Source: Octopus vulgaris
Taxonomy: Eukaryota
Reading direction: 5' to 3'
Length of the DNA: 64,000 bases
Assembly (NCBI GenBank): GCA_951406725.2
Contig: OX597816.1
Location: 22,134,001 to 22,198,000 of the forward strand
Shown here: in pieces, positions 12,505 through 25,745 of the stretch
How the letters are laid out: each line of letters opens with the position of its first letter
How positions within the stretch are numbered: the stretch's first letter is position 1
Made by a program: the position numbers and the translations under genes
Notes under the pieces: model-generated
The model's database searches: none
What the model was told of the DNA's origin: nothing
The model's input: the letters and a program-made list of their open reading frames with translations, nothing else

Positions 12505-12693
12505 TCGCCATGATAGATCTTTAGCCACTACACACATTTTTTTGTCTCGTTGTTTTTTTCTGTGTCCCTTTCTGTAGTAGAGCATAGGCCCGAAACGTAA
12601 AAGACTTTTTCAATTCCTGAGCATTATACTAATACATCTGTTTGTTTTGTATACCAGCTGTCTTCATCTTTTGTCTTTTTCGTAAACTCTCCC
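12502..12693 (+). mobile_element. Short non-autonomous PLE terminal-repeat element with HHR-like motif
   Basis: TA-flanked and homologous to 26950-27135. Contains cttt-ctgtagt-agag..cc-GAAA-cg-TA-aaag. Confidence 0.65.
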
Positions 12694-12702
12694 TATATAT
12701 AT

Positions 12703-14540
12703 ATATGAAGCACGCTTTATTCGTGATCATAGGCGTTCTAAAACCGAGCCGAGGTACTACTGTAATCAGAAATGAATATCTATGTTGCTATGCTATCTCA
12801 CAAACTACTTAATTAATAATGTCTTCAAATACATATGCATTCTCCTTTGGTCTACCAACTTACCAATTATCCTGTTCAGTAACCCGCCTCACTTACATTT
12901 TACGGTTTAATTTATCTAAACAGCATAACCATCTCCAAGATATTGCACACTAAACTATTCCTTAAATAATTCTTCCTCTTAGCATTAAATGTCTTGCATG
13001 TAACTGTTTCTACAGACTTTGACCAGTGTGTCAATAAAAGAAGCTGAATATCAACTGAGTATGAACATATTCATGGAGTACAAAAGTACAAACTATTGAA
13101 ACATTCCTTCTAATTCCTCCGTCCATTCCACGCATACTGTTACCCATTACATGCGTGAATTACAATCCTATTCGAAAATTAGCATAAAATGCTACATGTA
13201 ACGGTAGCATTTTATGCTAATTTTTGAATATATACGTATGTTCAGTTATGTGCTTTATGCTATTATTTAACTGTAAAAGTACAAGAAAGAAACCCTCTTC
13301 ATAAAATCTCACATTTCTTTTCTTATATAGAATTACCGCACACATTGTAAATGTAGTTTTTCTCATTTAAATATCATATATTGCATGAATTATATTGTAT
13401 TATATAGAAGAGGTTAAACGTCTGATTTATCCAGGCAATTCTTTGTTTTCTAAATAACAAGCAGAATAGCTTACACAAATCTAGGTCGAGTGAAATATTT
13501 TTCTATGTCGCCAATGGCAAAAGCATGTAATACTTCTGTCAACAACAAAGGCTTTCATTATTTGTAGGTTCATTTTCCATGTCATGTACTCAGTGACTTC
13601 ATGTAAAACTATATACTACATATAAACTTAATTGCTGCCCTGTGGATCTCTTACCATACAATTGTCAACAGGTTGAGTGCCATGCGTTAATCGTTTTCGT
13701 GCAGTCCCTCACTCCATCTCAAATAACCAAGTTAATGCGTGGTATTTCTAATTCTTAAACATTATCCCAGCAAAACAAAAAGTAATTTTCAAATTTCCAG
13801 TAACATCTTAAGGAGATGCACATTTTCCTATTTCTTCGAAAACAAAACATTATTGGTCCATAAACAGTAAGTAATGTATTCCAAACAAGAAATATTTTCT
13901 TAAATTGATTTTCCGTTCGTATGTCTTAAGTGATACGCATGCCATAGAGACACATGAATTCGAACTAGTGAGGGAGTGAATATGAGGTTTTTTGCCCTGC
14001 AAGAGATGGTTGTCATATCTTTCTCATTTGTGCCAACGTATTAAGAATTAAAGAACATGTTATATAAACCACTCATAACAATATTCCTATGAAACAAGCA
14101 GAATTCCTGTCTCTGATAAATCTGCTCGGTCAGGATTTCCTCGAGGTATTAGAAGGAATATTTCAATATTTTGTAATTTCGTACTCCATGAATATGTTCA
14201 TACTCAGTTGATATTCAGTTTTTTTTTTGACACTGGCCAAAGTCTGTAGAAACAGTTACACCCAAGAAATGTAATGGTAAGAGGAAGAATGATTTAAAGA
14301 ATAGTTTGGTGTGCAATATCTTGGAGATGGTTATGCTGTTTAGATAAATTAAACGTAAGATGTACGCGAGGCGAGTTCGCTGAACAACATGTTCAGTAAA
14401 TTGGTAGACCAGAGGAAAATGCATATGTATTTGAATACGTTATTAAGCAGTGTGTGAGATAGCATAACACCAGAGATATTCTTTTCAGATTACAGTAGTA
14501 CCTCAGTTTTAGAACGCCTATGATCACGAATAAATCGTGC

Positions 14541-14549
<9 letters not shown>
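12703..14549. repeat. Long inverted repeat (arms about 410 bp, spacer about 1 kb)
   Basis: 12703-13119 aligns by eye to the reverse complement of 14143-14549, for example tttatctaaacagcataaccatctccaagatattgcacac. Confidence 0.9.
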
Positions 14550-14583
<34 letters not shown>

Positions 14584-16917
14584 TCAAAGAAATCCTTCTC
14601 TACCAAATTGTCAAGCTTATATATGTCAGCAGAATTTTTTCAATATAATTACCTTTTCCCTGCGCAATACTGTTCAGCCGGTGGTGCCCTATTAAGCTCT
14701 GATCTATATACGTTCCTTATAAAACCTCTACAGCGATCTAATTTAACAGCTAGGTAATTACTGTCAGATTCTTTATAAATTGGCAGAATCGTTAGAGCAT
14801 CGAACAGAACGCATTAGCCTTTACGTCCTTGACTATGGATTTTTTGCTTTTCCAAGATCGCCAGTCCTATTGTGGATTAAATGGGTAAACTCCTGCCATC
14901 GTATTTCATGCATTGTGCCTACATAAGAGACAGTTATTTGTTGAGGCGTTTAAGAGTATTATAACTTATCACTCATTTTTCATGCCTTTGCTACATGGCG
15001 TCCAACACTTCGATGTGTCTGTTTGAAACAAATGTAAGATTTGGAATTAAATGAAACATTTGTTGGTCCCAACCAAACAGCATTTAAAGCTCTTCTTTAA
15101 TCAGTGTCTTAAAAATAACTCGTTGCCCACAAGCAATCGCTCATTTGCTTTCATTCTACGTATAATTTCCTTTCAGCCTGCGTATGACAAATTAGCACTA
15201 AACACAATATTGACTAAAGTTGTCTATTTATCTTCTAACAAGAAAATAGAACATGAGCCTTTTCTTTCAAAAAACGAAAAGGTTATCGATTTGGATGTAT
15301 CACTTCTTTCTTAATCTAAGTTTTTCACTGCAAAACCGAAGATGCTTGTGTATTGATGCGTATGTAGTTATCTCAATGTGTGTGTTTATTATTCGTATCG
15401 CATCTCAAAACACACTTGCAACTGCGTAGAATTTTAAATGTAACTATAAAACTTTAGCGAATTTGTCATATTCAGAGAGAGAAAAAATAACATTCTTTTA
15501 AATTCCAGCGTGTGCCATATATAGCCAAGGGACATACGTCCTAAAAGTGATGCACCGACGTGAAGATGAATTGATGTCTTTTAGGCTTATAGCTTAATAT
15601 TTCCCCGACATATGTGATATCAATTTGTGTAGTTGAGCCGAATCTTTGAATGAGAAAATCCTACTGATTAACTAGGCTTGATAGGCCTCAGGCTGGTAAA
15701 TTTAAACATTAAGAGCATAGATGGCAGCTGAAATAAAACTAGAAGTAAATTTCGTTTCATTAGTGGGATTCATGGGAGAAAAGTATAGAAAGACAAACTA
15801 ACAGATGCTTAACAATATACTTTAACATTTTTTTTATATAAATCTTTCAACAAGCAGGACATTAGAACTTTTAAATGTTATTCTCTATTTTATTTATTTA
15901 TTTATATATTTTGTACATCTTTGTCAAGAGAAGAAAATTTCGCTTTCACTTAATTGTATGTTTTACAATAGCCTTGTGAAAGTAAAGACACAGAAGGAAA
16001 AAATAAAATAAATTTTAGAAAATAGACATCGAAAATACTGAAGATAACTTTATAGCTTGCGGCAAAGTTGTGAGAACATTATCCATTTCCACGTTATTTT
16101 ATTTATATTTTTTTATTCAACCACCAGAAACCAAATCCATGTTAGCGAAATAATAGCAATAATTAGATAGCAACGCAGTAAGAATACGAAGAGAAAGTTT
16201 TGATTCGCTTTTTAGAATAGCTTTTGTATGCAACCGAAGGCATTTACGGAAGACTGCTATTCAAGGTCAGTCAATTCGCCTCTCTGTGAGATCAATCAGT
16301 AATGGTTAGATTGTGAAAGTCTCTAGGCGAGAAAGTGGTTAGATATGGATCGTGTTGATGATGTGGTTCTTTATCTTTCACTTTAGTTGTTTGTTTATCG
16401 GGGCATGCCTTCCTCTGAAACGATGGATGTAAAGTGTTGCTAATGCATTAAGTGTCAATGTAATGACCGCAACTGTAATGGCCGCTGCTGAAACAGCAAT
16501 AGAAAGGTGGGGACAAGAATAGATAACAACGATTCCATTAGATATTGACGTGGCGGCTTTCTTTCTGTCTTGAGAAAATGAGCGAAGAAAATTTCTAATT
16601 CAGTCTTCACTGTTCTCTTACTTTCTATATTTAAAAACGTGGGGAAATAAAGAGAAAGATTCGACAGTGTTAGTTTATATAACATGGTTTTAGAAAAGAA
16701 GTTTTGGTTAACTACCTTAACTCAGTTTAAGGTGCAAGTGAGATATATTATTCTCTTCATTCGTGGCTATTATATGTTTAGAAGAATGAACTAGAAATGT
16801 CCGCCTTCCATCAGATGTGTTCCCGAATGGCTATGTGTGTATTTCTCTCTGAATACGTGTCCAAGTGTTCTTGTTCTAACATTCATAGACGAATGAACAT
16901 TTATCAACATCGTAATA

Positions 16918-17309
16918 CAGGGCGGTATCGCCCGGCGTTGCTCGGGTTTGTTTCGACCCTTTAGAATTGGAATTATTGAAAAGTAAAACTTTTGCATTAT
17001 GTCGCTTGTTATTCTCTTTAAGTGAACATTTTTCTGGTTGAAAGACACCGAAAAATGGCGACACAGCAGTCACAAAATCGTACAAAATAGGGATTTTCAT
17101 GGAAAAAAGCACCTGATTGATGTAAATAACTTTTGGTCTTAACATGGTCCTATTTCAATTTTATCTTCTACGGAATGAAGAGCAAGCCGTCTTCGATCAT
17201 ACTCTCAATTTTGGTCAACATATGCCGCAGGGTCTCGGAGGAGATAATGTTAGTTGAAGGTTACCAAACCTGCCACACACAGACAAATTCAGCTTTATAT
17301 ATATATAGA
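16918..17309 (-). mobile_element. Non-autonomous Helitron
   Basis: The minus strand starts TCtatatatataaag and ends with hairpin cccgagcaacgccggg and a degenerate CTAG. Termini are shared with the 27962 and 36792 copies. Confidence 0.75.
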
Positions 17310-17714
17310 TAAACAACGCTTGTTGATATTCTATGTCTAAATACGACAAAATGTTATAAAAAAGAGACGTAATACAATTATGTAGGTAATACAATTGAAT
17401 AAATATTCCATATAATATCGTATTTCAGATATATGTTATAAAAGATTTCCAGCTCCTCATGGATAAACCTAGTCGGGTTATTTATGAAAATTCTATATTG
17501 AAATAAAAGAAAACTAAGACTTCAAATGGAAGAGGAATAAATAACAATAGACTAACAATAACATTATTGGTATAGGTTCTCATATCTGCAATATAATGAT
17601 ATTTTATCCTTTACTTAATTTCGATACAAAAAGCATTCTTACAGGACATTTCTCAGTCGTTTTATAGTTATTCTTAGGCAATCTCTCTCTCTCTGTCCTT
17701 CATTCTCTCTTTCC

Positions 17715-17803
<89 letters not shown>

Positions 17804-18022
17804 CATATAAATAATATATATATATATATATACATATGCATATATAGGTACTCAACGTCACACAACGTAAACAATATGAAATACGAAGACAAACTTGTTT
17901 ATGCGAACAACTAGAGAAACAAATGGAAAACAAAACAAGTAGATTAAAGAACGACCCGTCATCAGTTGCCGGCTGCTTATATTCTCCACATTTCGAGTAA
18001 TTCACATAAACACACACACACG

Positions 18023-18054
<32 letters not shown>

Positions 18055-18080
18055 AGTACGTATGTATATATATGCATATA

Positions 18081-18113
<33 letters not shown>

Positions 18114-18456
18114 GGAGGCGCATGGCTCAGTGGTTAGAGCGTCGAGCTTACGATCGTGCGGTTGCGAGTTCGAATCCCGGACCGGGCTGCGTGTTGTGTT
18201 CTTGAGCAAAGCACTTTATTTCACGTTGCTCCAGTTCACTCAGCTGTAGAAATGAGTTGCGACGTCACAGGTGCCAAGCTGTATCGACCTTTGTCTTTCC
18301 CTTGGATAACACTGGTGGCGTGGAGAGGAGGCCGGTATGCATGGGCGACTGCTGGTCTTCCATAAAAACAACCTTGCCCAGACTTGTGCCTCAGAGGGTA
18401 ACTCTCTAGGTGCAAACCCATGGTCACACATGACCGAAGGGGGTCTTTACCCTTTT
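18114..18456 (+). mobile_element. tRNA-derived SINE family C
   Basis: A box tggctcagtggttagag, B box gagttcgaatcc, and core gtgttcttgagcaa. Other copies at 51271 and 63389. Confidence 0.9.
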
Positions 18457-18476
18457 TATATATATATAAAATTATA

Positions 18477-18525
<49 letters not shown>

Positions 18526-18688
18526 ACTGTAGTCTTATTTCAGACTAAACTATATTTAGGATCTCTAATGATACAATAATATGTCCGTTTCTTTCATGAA
18601 TATGTTTCGATGTGAAGATCCATTTGCTAATCTTACACTGCTTATATCTTTCTTTTCATAATCTCCTATAATTCCGTTCATCTTGAAG

Positions 18689-18925
18689 GTGTCTGGCCTA
18701 ATTGTTAAGATTTCATATTCACGAACCGCCCAATATCATGCTTTCGATTCCGGGGCTAGGTGGTGAGTTGTGTTCTTGAGGAAAAGACTTAATTTCACAC
18801 TGATCTACCCCATTCAGCTGTATATTATTAACTCTGCAACTATTTGCTGTTGGGAAAGGGTACTTTGTGAGTTCAATCCCTTCTACGCCACGAGAACCGT
18901 GCAGCCAGACCTATGATCCTAGAAC
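18689..18925 (+). mobile_element. Degenerate tRNA-derived SINE (family D)
   Basis: tggcctaattgttaag, ttcgattcc, tgtgttcttgag and ccacgagaaccg. Confidence 0.6.
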
Positions 18926-19052
18926 TGTAGTACATTTGATAGAAAAGCACGGTATTATGTATGCTAGATGTAACAATCTTATTATTTAATTAGCAAAACC
19001 TTCCATAATAGAACTCTCTACTGAACTACATATTGCCTTTCATTTTATATAT

Positions 19053-19465
19053 ACTCTTTTACTCTTTTACTTGTTTTAGTCATTTGACTGCGGCCATGCT
19101 GGAGCACCGCCTTTAGTCGACCATATTGACTCCAGGATTTATTTTTTGTAAGCCTAGTACTTATTCTATCGGTCTCTATTGCCGAACCGCTAAGTTACGG
19201 GGACGTAAACACACCAGCATCGGTTGTTAAGCGATGTTGAGGGGACAAAAACAGACACAGAAACATACATACACACACACATATATACATGTACATATAT
19301 ACGACGGGCTTCTTTTCAGTTTCCGTCAATCAAATCCTCTGACAAGGCTTTGGTCGACCCGAGGCTATAGCAGAAGACACTTGCCGAAGGTGCCACGCAG
19401 TGGGACTGAACCTGGAACCAGGTGGTTGGTAAGAAAGCTACTTACCACCCAGCCACTCTTACGCC
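19053..19465 (-). mobile_element. tRNA-derived SINE family A
   Basis: Minus-strand head tggctgggtggtaag...ggttcagtccc, internal microsatellite, and tail ggcggtgctccagcatggccgcagtc. Confidence 0.9.
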
Positions 19466-19727
19466 TAATGCTAACCTCACCTAAATCTTGCCGATTCGTT
19501 TCAATAGTTTTAGATCCTTGTATGTTGGATATATAATATAACGAAGCAGAGGGGACATAAAGAATTTATATGACGCACTACTATTACTATTACACGAGAC
19601 TCAACGCTCTCAACCACGGCTCGCAGTGAACTGCTTACCAACCCAAAATGTTGACGATTCGACAGTTGCCTATTTGATAGAAATGTTTTAGTCCGCTTTT
19701 AGTCATAAATAAATAAAATAAATGCGC

Positions 19728-19969
19728 TCTTTTAAAGCCTATCCAGCCTCAAGGGCCCGGTTTCCCGGTTTCTATGGCGTATTTGTTCCCCAGCTGGACA
19801 GGATGCTAGTCCATCGCAGCGTTACTCATTTTCGCCAGCTGAGTGGACTGGAGCAACGTGAAATAAAGTGTTTTGCTCAAGAACACAACGCGTCGTCCGG
19901 TCCAGGAATCGAAACCACAATCTTACAATCATGATGCTGACACCCTAACCACTCAGCCACGCGCTTCCA
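19728..19969 (-). mobile_element. tRNA-derived SINE family D
   Basis: Reverse complement of 44681-44927. Confidence 0.88.
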
Positions 19970-20964
19970 CTTAGGCATATGAGGATGGTCGTAATCCTTT
20001 CACAAAAAATAGGTTTTCCTGTGGAATTTTCACACTGCTGAAACATGTATGTTGATTAAATCGGCTGATTTTACGAGACCTACATTCACTTACTTCAATT
20101 ATTTGAAGTAAAGTTAAATCATCCCATTGAAATTATTTTCCTCGCTACTGCCTTTACATCTTAACTCCACTACACCAGACTGAGATTTTGTCACTTAATA
20201 GTCTAGATTTATGGAACATTTTCAATTCACAAAATTACATATATGTGTGTGACACTACCGCATATGCTGCAAAACATCTGTGAGGTAATTCTATAGCGAA
20301 TTTCAGTTGTCCATTATCAATATCGCCTTATGCTTTCTATTTTTGTATATAGTTATCGCTTCACTTTCTTTCCAATTAAGCATCGCACGCTTCAGTAGCT
20401 CGTTCTAATAATACCGGAACATGCAGCAAGATGTACAAGTACGTATTCAATTACCAATCGACTCCAACGACATCGTCTTTATTTCCTGAAAGTTTTAATC
20501 AGATTATTTTATCGCAGTTCTTTATCCTTCCTTCCCTGTAGATTTAAACAACCATAGAGGCGGATTCTTGTGTTCAATGTATATATATATAAGCTAAAGC
20601 ATTCGAAATTCTCCGACATAATACTTAACAGGTGAAATTAGTACGCACTGCGCTCCTTCGAACTATTTCGGCCAATTATATTCTGGTCATTCATCGTCTT
20701 TGGGTATAAAATTCTAAATAATGAAGTACTGGAAAAACTGTTATAAACTTTAGTTACAGAGTTAAAATACTGAGATTTTCATTGACACGATATTTTGCTT
20801 TTGAAATAATGGTTTCTAGTTTAGGCGCGCAAGGCCGCAATTCTGAGTGAGATTTAGACAATACCATCAATCCCACTTTTTTCATTATTTTAATGGACAG
20901 GGGGCTTCACTCTGAATAAAATTTAACTATAGTGGTATTATTATAAAGTCGTCCTTCTTTACTT

Positions 20965-21330
20965 TCTCATTTCAAATTCTGCTGAAGTCAACTTTGCCTT
21001 TCATCCTTTCAGGATCAATAAAATAAATACCAGTGGCAGTATATTTTATTGACCCACGGGGAATGAAAGATGAGGTTGATGTCGGTGTGATTTGTATTCA
21101 CTGTGTAAGATAAAAAAGAGATGGAATAAATGTTGCAAGCCTGTTTTAACGATTTTGCCATGAATTTTTTTTTAATCAAACACAAAGCCAGATTTTAAGA
21201 AGCGATGGGGGTTATTCTGCACCATCAAAATCATACTTGACTGGTACTTTGTTTGTTTTGTCGACCCCCGCACAAAAATTAAAGTAAAAATTTGAATTCA
21301 AAGCCTAAACAGCCGGAAGAAATAGCGCAA
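20965..21330. mobile_element. Cluster of degenerate SINE family B fragments in both orientations
   Basis: tcaaattctgctgaagtcaactttgcctttcatcctttc (+), and gacccacggggaatgaaag and ctggtactt...tcgacccc (-). Confidence 0.6.
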
Positions 21331-24177
21331 TGGATTTCTTTTCTTCACTTTTTATACGGTCTCACTTTCCTGCTAGCTAAACGGATTTTGCTGCTGAAAT
21401 TATGCTTCGTTTTTGACAGCACACATTAATTTCATTACGAATATCATTTTAACCATTCGTCACAACGCAGACAGATGTAGCTAAGGAAAAACATTAAATA
21501 TTTTGGGTAGTGCTAACCTTGACTACGCATTTGATTGAAATAGCGTTAATTTTAAGCTTCAGGTTTAGCATTTTCATGCAATATTTTCACCACCTTACTG
21601 TAGGAGTGCTAAAGTAACTAATGTTTATTTTGCGATGAGCATGTGATACCTGACAAATTGCAATCGTGCTGTGTTGCTTTGAATGGTTCGAAGGAGGAAG
21701 CTGCTTATCACGCGGAAAAGTAACGAATGCCCTGTTCTTATAAATTGATGTAAAATACGAACAAAAAGAAAAAAAAAAAACAGAAAATAATTAATGAATT
21801 TCATCCTTTTTTTATATGGCGTCAAATTTAATACCCCGGTTTCAATGAAGTAATCAAAGACGGAAGACTTGCAAGTCCCATAGGAGTAATAAAGGAAAAA
21901 AAAAACATTTCAGTTTTTACCACAACCTCGCTTTTGTGTATAGAAATATAATATTGACATAAAAAATCCATTGCAACCGTTATAGTGAATAAGCTGACTC
22001 ACAAGTGCTTCACATGTATAACAAGCAAGAGAAAACAAAGTCACACATTCATGCATGCTAACGAATGAAAAGACACTATGTTGTGCTCGAATTACCAATG
22101 TTGTATTTCCTTGTTTTTCTCTTTTAATTTCAATCACCCTCAGTTGCCTTACTCTTTCACGGCTTCTTTTTTATTCATCAGTTTGCTATGGCCGTTTTGG
22201 TTTTTCACATATGTATTTTTATTATTATATTCATCAGTGCCATTATCATTATTGCTATTGTTATTTTCATTATTATTTAAAAACTGTTTTTAGCAATTCT
22301 ACATGCCTGGACATTAATTTCAACATGGCTTCCTGAACAATATTTGCTGAAGCATCGTTGTCATTTATAAAATTTAAAAAGCAAATTTCCCTTAAAACCA
22401 ATTTGATGTTCCTTTTGGTTACACAAGGCTTACTCTATTCGTTGAAGCACTCTTAACATTAGTCATTCGTTTTTGTAGTAGAACGAATTTTGGGGAAAAA
22501 GGAATTTCAAACGCATAATTATTTTTTCCAAATTACATTGTATTTATGCATGTTTATTTATATTTGATTATTAGCCTATTTGAGTACTGATATTTTAGAT
22601 GGTTTAGCAGTTGATACAAGGGATTCAGAAAATCAACGTTGGTGGGATTTGAACTTTCAATGTATTTCACTCCCCATGCAAACGTTTCTAATACACGTTT
22701 GATTTGACATCAAGAAAAATAATGCTTTATTGCACACTAATGTACAAACCAAAGGAAATTGAAAGAAGCAATGTTAAATTATGAGACACAAAAGGGGTAA
22801 TCCACAGGTAAGATGCAACAAGGTAATGCAACTCAAATTATCACAAGACCCTACTCCTTCTTCATCCATTCTTGTAAAACGAGGTGTAAACAAAATTGCT
22901 CGTGATAATTTTTGGTGGAGTCATAACAGACACTCCAACATATTTTTAATACCTTACTTTTATGTGCTGTGAATGTATTAAGGCAGACTTCATTAAAATT
23001 TTAAATTTGTAAGTATCCTTTAGCAGATAAGATGAATTTTGACTATAAGTATGCATGACGTAATCCGGGGTGGCTATATAATGTTTTGCTACGATTTCTT
23101 CTGATTAGGGCAGTGTAAAAGCTAAATCATGGGGCCACATGCTTTAATGTATTTCAAGGGTACATGATACTACATAGGTAACTGCAAATATAACTTTTCA
23201 GATATTGCAATCATTATCAATGTTTACACAGTAAAGTTTCTTAATTTTGTAAGAATTCGGCTGTAATTTCATTGACATATTTGTCATGATAATCTTTAGA
23301 CAATATACATACATTTCGATTTTGATCTTTAAAACGTTCACCTGGGTTTTTCGTACCTCCTCTCTTCCATGTCTTTGCAGTAGTCTATTATTCGTCTCTA
23401 GCCACCATAAGTTCACCATTGCAACATATGTTGTATTTCTTTTGTTTGTGGGGCTTCATCATTATCTGCTTCTGATATCGAATGTGAGGCGTTTTATTCG
23501 ATTAATTGTTTTACGCTTCCGATTGGTTGATGCTATTGAAATTGAATCATCGGAGAGCAACTAGTTGTGTTTGTAGTTCTGATGCTATTTAATCGTTAAC
23601 GCCTTCACTTTTTTTCAGATCCGCGTGTTGATTTACTCTCAAATGGCTTTTGAACACACAAGTATATTAAATGAACTTGCGACAGAATAGTCTTCATCCA
23701 ACATCTCGTTACTTTCTGTCTGCATGACGACGGTCAGAAATTCAGAATAGTCATGAGGCAATTCAGAGTAACAATGTATCTCACGTATATGGTTACATCA
23801 TTTAAACATCTATCGCTTCTCCTCACATTCACATATACACCACTCTGTTATATATTTGTGTATATATTTGTGTCCGATAGTGTTCTACACTTGATCCTTT
23901 GATATTTTGCGTCGCATTACGTCTTGAAGTCAAAGCATCCTAAGATTTCCCAAGTGTATTTATATATTGCCACCTATCGGCCTGGGCTACAGTCAGTTCA
24001 TTTGGGAAGGATCACAGAAATGTCCTTCTTATTGTATGATAAAATATTTCTTTTATATGTGCAGTTTTGATGGCGAATTAATCGGGTAAAGGGACAAAAC
24101 AATGCTGGGTATATTTTCTAATTGTGAATTTCCTCCTATGTAGTAATGCATGGAAATTTACGTAATATAAACTTTTA

Positions 24178-24568
24178 ATCTTTTACTTGTTTCTGTCATT
24201 TGACTGTCGCCATGCTGGAGTACCGTCTTTAATCGAGCAAATCGACCCCGGGACTTATTATTTGTAAGCCTAGTACTTATGCTATCGATCTCTTTTGCCG
24301 AACCGCTAAGTTACGGGGAACGTAAAAACACCAGCATCGGTTGTCAAGCGATGTTGGTGGGACAAACTCAGACACACAAACGTATATACACACACATATA
24401 TGCATATATACGACGTGCTTCATTCAGTTTCCGTCTACAAAATCCACTCACAAGGCTTTGGTCGGCCCGAGCCTATAGTAGACACTTGCCCAAGGTGCCA
24501 CTCAGTGGGAATTAACCCAGAGTCATGTGGTTGGTAAGCAAGCTACTTACCACACAGCCACTCCTGTG
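24178..24568 (-). mobile_element. tRNA-derived SINE family A
   Basis: Full-length match to 19053-19465, flanked by a 109-bp direct repeat. Confidence 0.9.
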
Positions 24569-25524
24569 CAGTTTTGATGGCGAGTCAATCGAGTAAAGGG
24601 AGAAAACAATGCTGAGTATATTTTCTAAGTGTAAACTTCCTCCTATGTGGTAATACATGGAAATTTATGTAATGAAGATGATACATCTATTAGAAAGTGA
24701 ATTTATAAAAGTTTTATCAATGTTGCACCAAGAATATGCCCAATATTGAGTTTTCATTTGAAGTACATGTATCTCGGTGAAAACTATTTTTGTTCACGTA
24801 CATATTAGTTTCAATTCATTGTACAGGTTTTTATTTCTCTTTCAAGCACAGTACCTTTACTAATCATGATCTTTTGAGTCGAAAGAAAGGAAGGCAATCT
24901 AAAAACTTTTCAGAAATTAAACTGAATTTTTCTGTTGGTTTCTTAATGACTATGCGCAAAAGTACATATTAAAATAAAAATAATAATTCGTAAAATATCA
25001 ACGAAACGTGATTCAAATACGGAAAAGATGTGTCAGCGAACCTTGACATGAGAATAACATCGCCTTTGTCGACATCATCATCGTCGTCGTCGTAGTAATA
25101 GTTAGACGTCGGCGTCGTCATGATCGTCGTCATCATTATCATTATCCTCACCTTCATCAATAGCAACCACAAAAACAAAAATTAATTAAATAGAAGAGCT
25201 AAAGAAAAATTTAAGAGAAGCAGCAGTAAGATCCCTTGCAGACATTCTACTTAATTCTTTAAAATATCAATTGGTTTGTGATTAAATAAAGATATTAGCA
25301 GACGATTTTGAAGAAGATAAGTGGTTCGAAACATTCAAATGAGGCCAACTTGCGTCTGATGCAATGTAAGCATTTACGTATGTAAATTGGGTTGTTGTTT
25401 TCTTTTTATTTACAGTTAAATATAAGAGTTACGGATATACCTACATACATAAACACATTCACAAAAATATTGATGCAAACTAGCGCGCACATATATCCAT
25501 TCCCCCCACACATACGCATATGTC

Positions 25525-25745
25525 CACACACATATGTATATATATATATATATATGTATACATATATATATATATACATATATATATATTTATATATATT
25601 ATATATATGAATATATATATATATATACAAATATATGTATACGTACATATATATATATATATATATATAAATACATATATATAAATATATTTACACACAG
25701 ACACACACACATAGGCACATGCACACAGACACACACACACATATG
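25525..25745. repeat. (TA)n/(CA)n microsatellite
   Basis: Directly visible. Confidence 0.95.

Larger units (their letters stand above)
3956..12762. mobile_element. pogo/Tigger-like MITE (CAGT termini, TA target duplication) carrying about 8.7 kb of nested insertions
   Basis: Left TIR ta|cagtagtacctcggtt...gatcacga (3956-4007) and right TIR tcgtgatc...ccgaggtactactg|ta (12706-12762). Both TIRs abut internal (TA)n. Confidence 0.65.

Noticed and set aside
13640-13900. Possible pogo transposase relic (LTHGTQPVD on the minus strand) in the inverted-repeat spacer
   Set aside because: It is a single short motif among stops, which is not enough support without a profile search.
17940-18000. Minus-strand GAAA...CTGATGA motif in a TA-flanked repeat
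   Set aside because: The hammerhead stems could not be built in any consistent topology.
18114-18190. tRNA gene (also the heads at 44681, 51540 and 63389)
   Set aside because: There is no proper acceptor stem, and each continues into a shared SINE body.
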